This document shows positions 48,276 through 58,213 of a stretch of DNA of 64,000 bases, one piece after another. The DNA is taken from NCBI GenBank assembly GCA_027031765.1, contig JALVPN010000165.1, positions 7,993-71,992 of the forward strand. The letters run 5' to 3'. Numbering within the stretch: the stretch's first letter is position 1; the number at the start of each line of letters is the position of its first letter. The DNA comes from Promethearchaeota archaeon. GTDB lineage: Archaea; Asgardarchaeota; Thorarchaeia; Thorarchaeales; Thorarchaeaceae. A program made the translations under genes and the position numbers. The notes below the pieces were generated by a model that did no database searches, was not told the DNA's origin, and was given only the letters and a program-made list of their open reading frames with translations.

Positions 48276-49637
48276 ATGATTAGTAAATTCATCGACCGTG
48301 ACGCCGAGCTCTCTCTGCTTGAAAAGGAGTGGAGGGGGCATGGTGGGAAGCTCTTGGTCCTGTACGGTCGAAGGCGGGTTGGCAAGACCAGACTCCTAGC
48401 TGAGTTCGTCCAAGGAAAGGATGGCGTGTTCTATATTGCGAGCGACTCATCACCGCAAGTCCAGATTGAAGAGCTCAAGACGAGAGTTGCGGACTTCCTC
48501 AACGATGCGTTGCTGAGAGACCTTGAACTCAAGAACTGGGAGCAGTTCTTTGAGTATCTTACGAGGAATCTGCCGTCCAAGAGGTTCTATCTCATACTGG
48601 ATGAGTTCTCCTATCTTGTCAAGAGCGATCGGACGATTATCAGTGTTTTGCAAAGGGTATGGGACAGAGTCTTGTCAAATTCCAAGGTCTTCTTGGTACT
48701 GTGTGGATCGGTAATGGGCCTAATGAGGGATGAGGTGCTCTCCTCGGCATCTCCTCTGTATGGTCGGCGAACAAGGGACATCCTACTGAGGGACTTGCCA
48801 TTCAAGCACGCAAGAGAGTTTGTTTCCTTCCCGTTTGCGGAGGCAATGCAGCTGTACTTTGCAGTTGGCGGCGTACCGGAGTATCTGCAGAAGGCATCAG
48901 AGTACCACAGCATGAATGAGTTTCTCAGCCGGGAGTTCTTCAGCACCACGGGATACTTCTATCGCGAGCCGTATTTCATAGTGTCACAGGAGTTCAGGGA
49001 GCTGAGAATCTACTTCTCGATTCTCAATGCTATTGCCACCGGGAGAACACGCCCGACCGACATAGCCAACTTTGTGGGGATTAACGCCCGAAGCGTATAT
49101 CCGTACCTGGAGGGGCTCATTCGGATGGACTTTGTCAAGCGGGAGATACCCGTTCTTGGGAGCCCCAAGCGAGGCGTCTACCGGATCAAGGACTCCCTCC
49201 TTGACTTTTGGTTCGGCTTTGTCTTTGGCCATCGGGATGAGATTGAGCGGGGCTCACTGAACCTAGACAACCTGGATCTGTCAGCCTACTATGGGAGGCG
49301 ATTCGAGGAGTTCGTGAGGAGTGAGGTCGTCCACCTGCTGTTCAACTACACCAAGATGGGACGATGGTGGCATCGTGGTGAGGAGATCGACATTGTTGCG
49401 GTGAACGACTCTGCCAATGAGATACTCTTCTGTGAGTGCAAGTGGAGCGACCTCAAGAAGAGGGAGGCCGAGCAACTCATTCAGGGCTTGCAGCAAAAGG
49501 CGAGGCTCGTGAGCTGGGGCACGGAATCAAGGGTGGAGAGATTTGGCGTGGTCGCACGTAGAGTGCGGGGAAAGGAGGGCCTCCGAAGTCAGGGCTATGT
49601 CGTGTACGATCTGCAGGACATCAAGAGTGTGCTGTAA
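48276..49637 (+). CDS. Archaeal ATPase (Arch_ATPase AAA+ with DUF234 C-terminal domain)
   Basis: 'FIDRDAELSLLEKEW...LLVLYGRRRVGKTRLL' and 'YLILDEFSYL'. The C-terminal region resembles DUF234. Confidence 0.75.
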   Translation: MISKFIDRDAELSLLEKEWRGHGGKLLVLYGRRRVGKTRLLAEFVQGKDGVFYIASDSSPQVQIEELKTRVADFLNDALLRDLELKNWEQFFEYLTRNLPSKRFYLILDEFSYLVKSDRTIISVLQRVWDRVLSNSKVFLVLCGSVMGLMRDEVLSSASPLYGRRTRDILLRDLPFKHAREFVSFPFAEAMQLYFAVGGVPEYLQKASEYHSMNEFLSREFFSTTGYFYREPYFIVSQEFRELRIYFSILNAIATGRTRPTDIANFVGINARSVYPYLEGLIRMDFVKREIPVLGSPKRGVYRIKDSLLDFWFGFVFGHRDEIERGSLNLDNLDLSAYYGRRFEEFVRSEVVHLLFNYTKMGRWWHRGEEIDIVAVNDSANEILFCECKWSDLKKREAEQLIQGLQQKARLVSWGTESRVERFGVVARRVRGKEGLRSQGYVVYDLQDIKSVL

Positions 49638-51622
49638 CCATTGACCCATCACGTTTCGGGAGGATGCGTTTCACGCATGGCCTATGCTCCCCGCTATCCG
49701 CAAGAACATACAGTATCACCCCCTATCCTCACTGTTGAGCTGCACAACACGCATTGGGGCAAGTGACCTCAGTCCACATGGCGGTGAGATTGAGAATCGG
49801 GAGCTACGCCTCCAGAATTGTTTCTGAGAGTCGTGGCAAGTCCTTCAACTTTGACAAGCGTTGAATTGCCGAGTCCGACCTCCACACAGTTGAAGTGGAA
49901 CACAATGGTCAGTCTTGGTATCTGCAGGTATGTCTTCCGGTGGGCTCGTCGCTTGATGGATATGTTCGTCTTCTCAAGCCACCTATCACTACTGGTCCAA
50001 TCCAACAGATTCTGACGAAGTCTATGAAGGTCAATCCAGTGAGTGGTTCACGAACACTCTACATTTGCGAGATTCGAGTCTGCAGCACAGATGCTCAAGG
50101 CAGAGTCCACTGTCACCAAGTGAAGTTCAGTGAGCCGTATCCCCCCACTTTGAGCCTCCTGTTGCCGGCTATGGTACAACATGGGGATGGTTCACCCTGC
50201 CGCTACTGACGTGTGGTCTTCCCGCGTGTCCAGAAAACCAGTATGCGGCCACACAGTACACACTAGGTGGGGTCACCGCCTGCGACGCGCGACACGGGCC
50301 ATAGGCCCCAGATATACCCGCTCACTCCACCCGGCCACCGGTGTGACCGTCCTCCGTGCCTCCAACAAACATATCCAACACCACTACCATGGTCACACCT
50401 CCTGCAAGACCGTTGTCCATAATACGCTCCACTACCATGTTAAGACTCTCGTACGGGGGCTCGTGGGCGTCCACTGGGGCTGGTAGGCCAGAACCGACAC
50501 GGATGCGCAACAGGGGGCGAAGCACAGACAGAAGAGCACTCAGACCAAGTGCCACGTGGGCGCTCTGCCTCGCCCTTGCTACTGTGTGACCACACAGGCG
50601 GGTAGATGGTGGATTGGTGTCAAGTGGCTGTTTCACCTCGGATCCCGGACTGGATTGTCGAGTGGAGCGCCCCCAGTGGGCCCCTCCCTGTGCGCCCATC
50701 CGCTCGCCCAGGCCGAGGCCGGGCTCTCGCCCTCACAGACACGCAAGCCAGTCATGTATGTCGCCCAGATGAGCAGCAGCGCACCATACTCCTCCGCACC
50801 GATAACCCGCAACCGGTCGCCCGCACTCCGCAGCACCCGAACCGCCCCCTCCAGCACCGCTACCGCACCGGCATGGTCACCACTCTCCCACTGACCGGGT
50901 CGTGTGCCAGCCTCCCAAGCCTCACCTCGAACCGCTTCAGTTTTCTCAGAGTCTCCATGAAACGCTCGTGATTGCAGAATCTTCTACGCTCCTGTTCTGT
51001 TGGCGTTTCACCCTGGTATGGCATGCAATCGTAAACGTATGTCCTCAGACGTTCAAAGCCTTCACACACCGCTTCAGAGAACTTCACGAAATCGATACGC
51101 GGCTCATTGAAACAGTGCTTGAGAACCTTCGCAAAAAAACCCCAAATCTATCATGACTGCTGCCCGGTCCAACCGCTGTTGTCCTCTAATGATATCTGAC
51201 CGCCGCCCTCTCGAACGACAGCACGAATTTTCTGTGGCGCGTTGTTGGCGCCCTGACTTAAAGGTCATTGCTGCTGAGTATCTGACGAATTCATTGCTGA
51301 CACACATGGCTCCGGACTGTGCTGCTGACGGTTGTCCATCATGTCAGTCACAGGGGCAGTCTGCATCATGTCTGGCTGTGGGAACTATGCATCTGTGGTC
51401 TCAAACCTGAGATGCACCGTTCCCCCACAGTACGGACACTCAGCGCTTGTTGGCCCCGTCCACCGAACAGTCTTGGTACTGATCTTGGCGCAACAACTTG
51501 TGCAGTATGCCGGGATGTGTGGTATCACAATCATTGGCTCTCTGCCCTTGGCAGGGGTCACGGTCCTACTCCTCACGCCCCTCGCTCTCGACTCTCTTCT
51601 TCGTCCGCCGCAGCCCATTGTC

Positions 51623-52606
51623 CTATCGGTCTGACGCGAGCCGCCGCTTCGCGATGACCGCCACAAAGACGATGGCACCCGCTGCTACGACAGTTCCTGC
51701 AGTGACGGGACCAAGCATTGGGTTGGTGATCTCACTAGTGTTGTTTGCTGTCGTTGTGTCTGTTGTTTCGGTCGATGTTGTGGTGCTGTTCGTGGTCACA
51801 GTGTCCCATATGGACTGCTGGAGAATGAAGAGCAGCGTCCCATTTGACGTATAGTGAAAGTATGTCGGCCAAGCCTGTATGCTCTCATGATCCTGTGCTG
51901 TGAGGTTGAATGCTGCAACGGACCATGTTGGCCTCAAGAGCATCTCCTTTGTGTAGAAAGGTGCCTTGTATATGCAGAACATGGTCGCCGACTCCGTCGG
52001 GTCAGTGAGATACTCTGGGTCCGCACCCGGATAGTACATCGGATAGCCCGGAAGTGGTCTGTGAGTGGTCGGACTGATGAGCACCAGTGAACGAATCCTT
52101 GCCTCGGCCAATGTAGTCCTGAGAACCTCTACGTGAGAGCACTCCAGATCATCCAGTGTGACTGTCTGGGTCCTGACCACTCTCCTAGTCAGGGTCCCAT
52201 TGTCTTGAGAACAGCGGTACGTCACGATCAGTTCGATGAAGTACGTCTGATTGAAGCCCCATACAAACAAGGGATGTTCTCCAGGCAGAGAGTAGCCTGC
52301 AATCTCAAAACCCGAGCTCAAGTGGGAGAGTGGCCGAACTGCATCAACAAGTGACTGGTTGGTCATCAGGTCTGGTACTCTCTCTTCCATCATTTCCGTC
52401 ACATTAACTACTTCGTACTCATACGACGCTCCGTCTATGGTGATATTGAGCGAGGCTGAAGGCCCCACTTCTGCTGTGTCACAGTATGTGCCATCAACTG
52501 TATGCATTGACTCCGAAGCGACGGGATACGGCAGAATGGTGGTTAAGGTCAACACCAGAGCAAACATGAGTGCAATAGCCCATTGTCTGTACACGTACAC
52601 TCGCAT
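51623..52606 (-). CDS. Secreted Thr-rich surface protein with C-terminal TM anchor (copy 2)
   Basis: Signal peptide. It shares 'TIDGASYEYEVVNVTEMMEERVPDLMTNQSLVDAVRPLS' with the 53110-54105 gene. A Thr-rich linker precedes the C-terminal TM plus 'KRRLASDR'. Confidence 0.55.
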   Translation of the reverse strand: MRVYVYRQWAIALMFALVLTLTTILPYPVASESMHTVDGTYCDTAEVGPSASLNITIDGASYEYEVVNVTEMMEERVPDLMTNQSLVDAVRPLSHLSSGFEIAGYSLPGEHPLFVWGFNQTYFIELIVTYRCSQDNGTLTRRVVRTQTVTLDDLECSHVEVLRTTLAEARIRSLVLISPTTHRPLPGYPMYYPGADPEYLTDPTESATMFCIYKAPFYTKEMLLRPTWSVAAFNLTAQDHESIQAWPTYFHYTSNGTLLFILQQSIWDTVTTNSTTTSTETTDTTTANNTSEITNPMLGPVTAGTVVAAGAIVFVAVIAKRRLASDR

Positions 52607-52612
52607 ATCCTC

Positions 52613-53017
52613 CTAGTACCGGTTTGGCCCTACGTAGGCCACCATGTGCCTGACATCGCCGCCGTACCTGGGGTGGACGGGGTTGTACTGAGATGGGAGA
52701 AGAAGCCCGTCTGTGGGATCCTTGTCGTATGGGGAGTTGGATTGACCGTCGAGGCCATCGTCAAGGCAAGACCATATCTGGAAGAACCTGTAGCCAAAGT
52801 TCACACGGTAGTATGCTGTCTGGTTCCAGAGGTGAAGCGTGGGATCCGCGTGGATCCATGTCCACTCTGAGCCATCATGCTGTTCCCACGTATTCCAGAA
52901 CCAATCAAACTCCTGCGGGTCGTATGAGTCCCAGCCCCACAAGGTGAGAGAACTCAACCAGTTGCTGTCCAGCACTGTCTTCGTCTTTCTCTCCACGTTT
53001 ATCTGAATGGCGGTCAC
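52613..53017 (-). CDS. Truncated paralog (C-terminal domain only) of the transglutaminase-like protein
   Basis: The 134-aa ORF is about 75% identical to the last ~110 aa of the 54112-55599 protein ('FDWFWN.WEQHDGSE.TWIHADPTLHLWNQTAYYRVNFGYRFFQIWSCLDD'). It lacks the catalytic core. It may be a pseudogene fragment or a free-standing domain. Confidence 0.4.
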   Translation of the reverse strand: MTAIQINVERKTKTVLDSNWLSSLTLWGWDSYDPQEFDWFWNTWEQHDGSEWTWIHADPTLHLWNQTAYYRVNFGYRFFQIWSCLDDGLDGQSNSPYDKDPTDGLLLPSQYNPVHPRYGGDVRHMVAYVGPNRY

Positions 53018-53109
53018 TTCACACCGCTCCTATACCACAATGCACAGTTGTGTTCGCCAGTGGACTCACCTGACATTGCGTGGCCTATGAGTGCAATGGT
53101 ACTGCAGCG

Positions 53110-54105
53110 TCATGAGTTTCCTCGCCTCGACCTTGCCAGTATTGCGACTGCCATGAAGGTGACGGCCACTGAAACAGTTCCTACAATGACGGGATTAGGC
53201 AATGGGTTGACAATCTCACTAGTGTTGTTTGCTGTTGTTCTGTCTGTTGTTTCGGTTGATGTTGTGGTATCACTTGTTGTTGTGGTACAATTCGTGACTG
53301 GTGGGCAGAGTGGAATCTGTTCAAGGATAAGGAGTAACGTTCCGTTTGATGTATAGATGAAGAGTACTGGCCAAGCTCTTGTGTTGTTGTCTAGTGGTGC
53401 CGTGAGGTTGTAAGCCATGACAAACCATGTCGGTTCAAGAAACATCTCCTTTGTGAAGAAGGACGCCCTGTACATGCAGGCCCAACCCCACTCACTCGGG
53501 TCGGTGAGGTTCCCTGGGTCACGGCCGAGCTCGTAGAGTGGGTAGCCTGGAAGAGGTCTGTGAGTGATTGGACTGACGAGCTCTAGCGAACGATTCCTTG
53601 CCTCGACCAATGTAGTCCTGAGAATCTCTATGTGAGAGCACTCTAAATCATCCAGCGTGATTGTCTGGATTCCAACCACTCTCCGTACAAAGCTCCCGTT
53701 GTCTTCGGAACAGCGGTACGTTACTACCAGCTCGATGAAGTCTGTCTGATTGAACCCCCATACGGAGATGGTGTGTTCACCTGGCCAGTAGTAGCCCGTA
53801 CCTGCAAAGCCAGAACTCATGCCTGAGAGTGGCCGAACTGCATCAACAAGTGACTGGTTGGTCATCAGGTCTGGTACTCTCTCTTCCATCATTTCCGTCA
53901 CATTAACTACTTCGTACTCATACACTGTTCCGTTTATGGTGATGTTGAGCGAGGGCGAAATGCCCGTGTCTGCCTCGCCACTCTCCTTGCCACCGCTTGT
54001 TGGGGGTGAATCTGGGGCAACGGGATATGGTGAAACGGCAGCCAATGCCAATAGTAGAGTAACCATGAGCACCGCAACCGGGTATCTGAGTATGTACATT
54101 AACAC
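53110..54105 (-). CDS. Secreted Thr-rich surface protein with C-terminal TM anchor (copy 1)
   Basis: Signal peptide 'MLMYILRYPVAVLMVTLLLALAAVSP'. Many sequons, 'TTTSDTTTSTETTDRTTANNTSE', C-terminal TM plus 'RSRRGNS'. Confidence 0.55.
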   Translation of the reverse strand: MLMYILRYPVAVLMVTLLLALAAVSPYPVAPDSPPTSGGKESGEADTGISPSLNITINGTVYEYEVVNVTEMMEERVPDLMTNQSLVDAVRPLSGMSSGFAGTGYYWPGEHTISVWGFNQTDFIELVVTYRCSEDNGSFVRRVVGIQTITLDDLECSHIEILRTTLVEARNRSLELVSPITHRPLPGYPLYELGRDPGNLTDPSEWGWACMYRASFFTKEMFLEPTWFVMAYNLTAPLDNNTRAWPVLFIYTSNGTLLLILEQIPLCPPVTNCTTTTSDTTTSTETTDRTTANNTSEIVNPLPNPVIVGTVSVAVTFMAVAILARSRRGNS

Positions 54106-54111
54106 ATCCTC

Positions 54112-55599
54112 CTAGTACTGGTTTGGTCCTGCGTAGTCTATTGTGTACTTGACATCCCCTCCATACTTGGGGTAGAGCGAGTTGTAGTGATATGGGAGGA
54201 GAAGCCCATCTGTGGGATCCTTGTCGTAGGCGGAAACAGATGGGTCGTTGAGTTTGTCGTCGAGGCAAGACCATATCTGGAAGAACCTGTAGCCAAAGTT
54301 CACACGGTAGTATGCTGTCTGGTTCCAGAGGTGAAGCGTAGGATCCGCGTGGATCCATGTCAACTCTGAGCCATCATGCTGTTCCCACATATTCCAGAAC
54401 CAATCAAACTTCTGCGGGTCATCTGGATCCCAGTCCCACGAGGTGTACGGGTTCTGGTATTCGAGTTCCCAGACTCTCCATGCGTCAACACGGGAGTACT
54501 GTTGCGCATTCTCATGCCACAACAGGCAGTTCTCCCACCATTGGTTCACAACGCTCCATATCTCACACCACGCGTGGGAGCTGGCTCTCACGTCTGTACC
54601 AAACATCTGTCGAGCCGGTATCCCCATTGACCTCAGCAATGAGATCTCCATATTCGATATTTCATCGCACATTCCCTCCCATCCTTCAGATATGATTCTC
54701 AAGTCCGACATTGAACACTCTGTCCGGTAAGCTGGCGTACCACTGCGAATCATCTTGTGATCTACGCAATACGTCATAATGACTGCTGCCCCACTGACAT
54801 AAGGCACACGATAGTCGTCAAGAAGATTTGCTGCGGCCCACCTAATGTTCCAGTCATCGCTGTGGAACAGGGCATACTGGTCTGGAATACCGAATCCATC
54901 GATGCTCCTGAGGCCCTCCCAGTAGTAGTCTGAATTGTTCGAGGCCTGCGACATGACATCCGCTGGTGGGGGAGTTGGCAGGTCGCTCGAACCAAAGGTC
55001 TGCACGAAATTGTATCCAAAGTCCTTGTAGAACACTGCAGCACCAACGCGCGCCACACCTCTCTTCACACCCACCGATGTCAGTGGAACCGTCACCTTCA
55101 GGTCCTTGGAACCGTAACCGTGTATGACACGCATTGAACCTGACACCGAGAACTCCTCTCTGTAGACCTCACGGGTTTCAAGGTCATACCCCTCGAACGT
55201 TACTGGGTAGGTTCCGGGTCTGTCACTGTCGGTCACACACTGGAACCTTATTGTCAGAGTCTTGCCTCTAGTCCAGACACTCGGCACTGTTACCCAGAAG
55301 TAGACCTCATGAAATCCCCTCGTGTTCGCATTATCGATGAGTCCGGCGCTTCTCAAGCGGGTGATAATCTCCTTGAAGCCCGGCATGGGGGCGGTCTTAG
55401 TATGCACGCGACGCAGGTCGACTCCCATGGACGCAAGGATGTCCTCGGGGACATTTGTCGCGACAAGGCATGGTCCAAGATCCTCATCAAGGAACACGGA
55501 TGGCGCCTCTCTCAGTGGTCTTGTTGTCCCTCTCGGGACCGGACAATCAGACGAACCGGCAAGAGGCACTACCTCTTGGGGGGGGGAGTGCATGAGCAT
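54112..55599 (-). CDS. Transglutaminase-like cysteine protease superfamily protein; N-terminus apparently frameshifted
   Basis: 'EGMCDEISNMEISLLRSMGIPARQMFGTDVRASSHAWCEIW' is the transglutaminase-core Cys...His arrangement. A signal-peptide-like segment is encoded in another frame just upstream, across a G9 tract. Confidence 0.65.
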   Translation of the reverse strand: MLMHSPPQEVVPLAGSSDCPVPRGTTRPLREAPSVFLDEDLGPCLVATNVPEDILASMGVDLRRVHTKTAPMPGFKEIITRLRSAGLIDNANTRGFHEVYFWVTVPSVWTRGKTLTIRFQCVTDSDRPGTYPVTFEGYDLETREVYREEFSVSGSMRVIHGYGSKDLKVTVPLTSVGVKRGVARVGAAVFYKDFGYNFVQTFGSSDLPTPPPADVMSQASNNSDYYWEGLRSIDGFGIPDQYALFHSDDWNIRWAAANLLDDYRVPYVSGAAVIMTYCVDHKMIRSGTPAYRTECSMSDLRIISEGWEGMCDEISNMEISLLRSMGIPARQMFGTDVRASSHAWCEIWSVVNQWWENCLLWHENAQQYSRVDAWRVWELEYQNPYTSWDWDPDDPQKFDWFWNMWEQHDGSELTWIHADPTLHLWNQTAYYRVNFGYRFFQIWSCLDDKLNDPSVSAYDKDPTDGLLLPYHYNSLYPKYGGDVKYTIDYAGPNQY

Positions 55600-55789
55600 C
55601 AGGACTGCTCAGTGCAGGCATCCCGGCAAAGCTAGAAACCACGAAGACACAGGTCACCACACAGGTGACCAGATACCGTTTGACAAGCATCCTACTCACG
55701 ATCTCACCGACAGAGTATTGCTGACAGAGCATATAAGAGTTCTGTGGCCAGAGCAGGAGATGGGGCCGACTGGTTCTCTCTGTTGGCAC
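55547..55789 (-). other. Out-of-frame N-terminal exon-like ORF encoding a signal peptide; likely 5' part of the transglutaminase-like gene
   Basis: 'MLVKRYLVTCVVTCVFVVSSFAGMPALS' is signal-peptide-like. It overlaps the 54112-55599 ORF across the homopolymer G9 at 55578-55586. Removing one G fuses the frames. Confidence 0.45.
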
Positions 55790-55941
55790 TCTCGGGACTC
55801 AACGCTTATCATATCTAGGCGTCTGGTGGTTCATTTTCCCTCACTGGCCTCTTCGGTCCGGACACTCTCTCCGTGGGCGGACTGACTGCGCCACCACAAG
55901 TCTTAATGATATGCCAGAGGATCGTGGTGACGGTGTCCAGC

Positions 55942-56406
55942 ATGAGAACCAAGTCGAGATACCCTGAGGTCATCGAATATCATGCCACATCAGACTGGGA
56001 TGGCAAGACTGGTGGCACAGCCACTGTGGGCGAGGGACGCACGATTGTCTACGACACACCGACGACCTACGGTGGGAACGGTCAGGGAATCTGTCCTGAC
56101 GAGATGTTTGTGGCTGCCATGCTCGGGTGTCTCAACAACACGTTCTTGGACTTCCAGCGCCGCTTTGAACTCGAACTAATCTCCATGAGGCTTGAGGGAA
56201 AGGCAGTGGCGCGGTTTGACAGTGAGGGTTATACAGTCACCGGGTTGCAGGTGCGCGACGAGGTTGTTGTGGAATAGGGTGGACTTGAAGTCGCCGAGCG
56301 GTGCGTTCAGCTGATGAAGAAGTACTGCCACCTGTCGCGCACGATCAAGGGCTGCCTCCCGTTTGAGTTCGATGTCAAGGTGCGCGAGGTCAAGCAGGAG
56401 TCTTGA
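55942..56406 (+). pseudogene. OsmC/Ohr-family protein interrupted by an in-frame TAG
   Basis: 'GGNGQGICPDEMFVAAMLGC' is the OsmC core. After TAG at 56275-56277 the same frame continues 'GGLEVAERCVQLMKKYCHLSRTIKGCLPFEFDVKVREV', matching the OsmC C-terminal 'KYCP.S..LKG' segment. Confidence 0.55.
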
Positions 56407-56701
56407 TCCTCAGTTCGTCCATCAGTTCAAGTATCTTCTCCATGTACCGTGTCATGTTCGTCCAGTAGGCCCCCTGAAAGTATACTGCATTGCATCTCTC
56501 GCAGAGCCAGAACACATCATAGTGTTTGTAGGTCTGTTCGAACACGAGATCCTTGACCCTTCTCCGTTCGTCACCCCGGAGTTCCACAAGCTCGCCATTG
56601 CACTTGGAACATCTCGCCCTTGACTCGTCTATCACCGGTTCTATCCCGAACTCCATGAACACCTTCGCCACGCCCTCATCTACACTTCCCCTCACAAGCA
56701 T
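56390..56701 (-). CDS. Mut7-C-like zinc-ribbon domain protein (probably truncated)
   Basis: 'CSKCNGEL...YDVFWLCERCNAVYFQGAYW' matches the C-terminal zinc ribbon of Mut7-C/DUF82 proteins. The N-terminal PIN-like half is absent. Confidence 0.4.
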   Translation of the reverse strand: MLVRGSVDEGVAKVFMEFGIEPVIDESRARCSKCNGELVELRGDERRRVKDLVFEQTYKHYDVFWLCERCNAVYFQGAYWTNMTRYMEKILELMDELRIKTPA

Positions 56702-57587
56702 GGCTGGAACACCGCTGATCGTGCTCTCTATCTCCAGCTGACTCACGAATGCTTGCAACTAGGTCCTCCCGCCCCCATGTCCTGCCCCTAAGCTCTCCAA
56801 GCGCTCGTCGCAACAAGCTTCTCTGTTTTACTGCATTCATGGGAATCTTGAGTATCGAGAAGTAGTCTCTGGTTGCAAAGCTGTTGCATCTGAGCCTGAG
56901 TGGCCAAATGCCATCGTTGCCACCCCGATTCACAGAGAACACGACAGCACGGTCTCCGAGATCCTCCTGCATCGCCACGTATTCGTCATGGGGATCCACA
57001 ATCACAATGGCAGCGCCGAGTTCCAACATCCGAGACGTAATGACTGCCACCGTGTTGCCCTTCCCACCACCTGTAAGCGACAATACTGCAAGATGCCTTG
57101 TAACAAGCTTTCCCACATCAAGTTTCACTCTTACGCCCTCATGTCCCATCAAACTTCCAATCTCGATATGACCCACCGAAAAGATCCTGCTCAGCAGTCC
57201 TGATGATGCTCTTGTAACCCTTGCTCTAGGCCGTGGCGAGAACCTAGGTGACACAATCTTGCCGTCTTCATCGATGTAGCCCACAACCTGTGCCTTGGCT
57301 GTAAGGACTTCGCCATCATGCAGGTCGCTGATACTAAGAAGAGTGGCGAACTCCTCTGGCCCCGTCAGGATTGACTCCGGCATGTTGAGGTTGACAAGTC
57401 CTATGTCTGTGACACGGGCCAACACTGGGTCGGTGACGTTTCGATTTGCGTATGTAATTGCCAAGTAGTCCCCCAGTCTGAGGGGATTACTCTCAGCAGT
57501 GGCTGCATCAAGTCTGACAACTACCTCCCTAGGTGTTGTGGTTCCCAAGAGGTTTCCTATCACGTGCTCCTTCGTCACTATATACAA
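56676..57587 (-). pseudogene. HerA/DUF87-like ATPase, N-terminal fragment only
   Basis: HAS-barrel-like N-terminus ('VVGYIDEDGKIVSPRF'), Walker A 'LTGGGKGNT', 'IVIVDPHDEYV'. The protein then ends after about 300 aa, with no Walker B or C-terminal domains. Confidence 0.45.
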
Positions 57588-57590
57588 CTC

Positions 57591-57899
57591 CTATCCGAAT
57601 CTCTCTCCCCTTTGCGTCCGCAGAATCACTCTTGCCGCCCTCATATCCATTCCAGCTACCTTTGCACGTATCTGGTCTATTCGTCGCTTTGCCTCTGCCT
57701 TGCTAATCGTGGCGCGTTTGTGCACTACATGAGAGTATGTGAAGTATCCATTCATGTCATGTGCTAGCACGAGGAATCTCTCAATCTTCTCGAGCTGGTC
57801 TGCTTGCAGCCTGGGAAAGTCAACGGCAAATGGCTGACCATGTGGTTTCAAGATTCCAAAGACCCTGCAGGCCTCACCAATCAGGCGTTGTACTGTCAT
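57591..57899 (-). CDS. Hypothetical small protein
   Basis: 102-aa ORF between the HerA fragment and the nuclease-like gene. No recognisable motif. Confidence 0.3.
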   Translation of the reverse strand: MTVQRLIGEACRVFGILKPHGQPFAVDFPRLQADQLEKIERFLVLAHDMNGYFTYSHVVHKRATISKAEAKRRIDQIRAKVAGMDMRAARVILRTQRGERFG

Positions 57900-58213
57900 C
57901 GACGCATCATGTGTTGCATAACGACGTTTTCCTTCGTGTCAATACGGCACTTGTGACGCTTCTTGATTACCACAATCACGACAAAGCACAATGACGATTG
58001 CCGCTCCTATGTAGAGCCACGGAATGGCCTGCTCTGTTGTTCATCCCCTTGTGAGACTACACGGATCTGTGTTTCGTTCCACCTATGGAGGACTATTCCT
58101 GCTGATGCGGACAACCAGCCATCTGTCTGTCCTGCTAGCCAAGGAGTACCCTCGACCCCGGTCTGGTGTGCAACTGCAGGACAGGACAGGACATGACTGG
58201 CTGTTCATCAGGA

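Larger units (their letters stand above)
51620..54560. repeat. Tandem segmental duplication (two ~1.5-kb units, 80-97% identical blocks)
   Basis: Blocks near 52330-52420, 52600-52650 and 52790-52920 recur at about +1500 nt (53830-53920, 54100-54150, 54290-54420). Identity is near-perfect in places. Confidence 0.7.

Noticed and set aside
56275-56277. Pyrrolysine decoding of the in-frame TAG in the OsmC gene
   Set aside because: TAG terminates other well-supported genes in the window, and no pyl genes are visible here. Pseudogene or sequencing error is more parsimonious; the possibility is kept only as an alternative in the finding.
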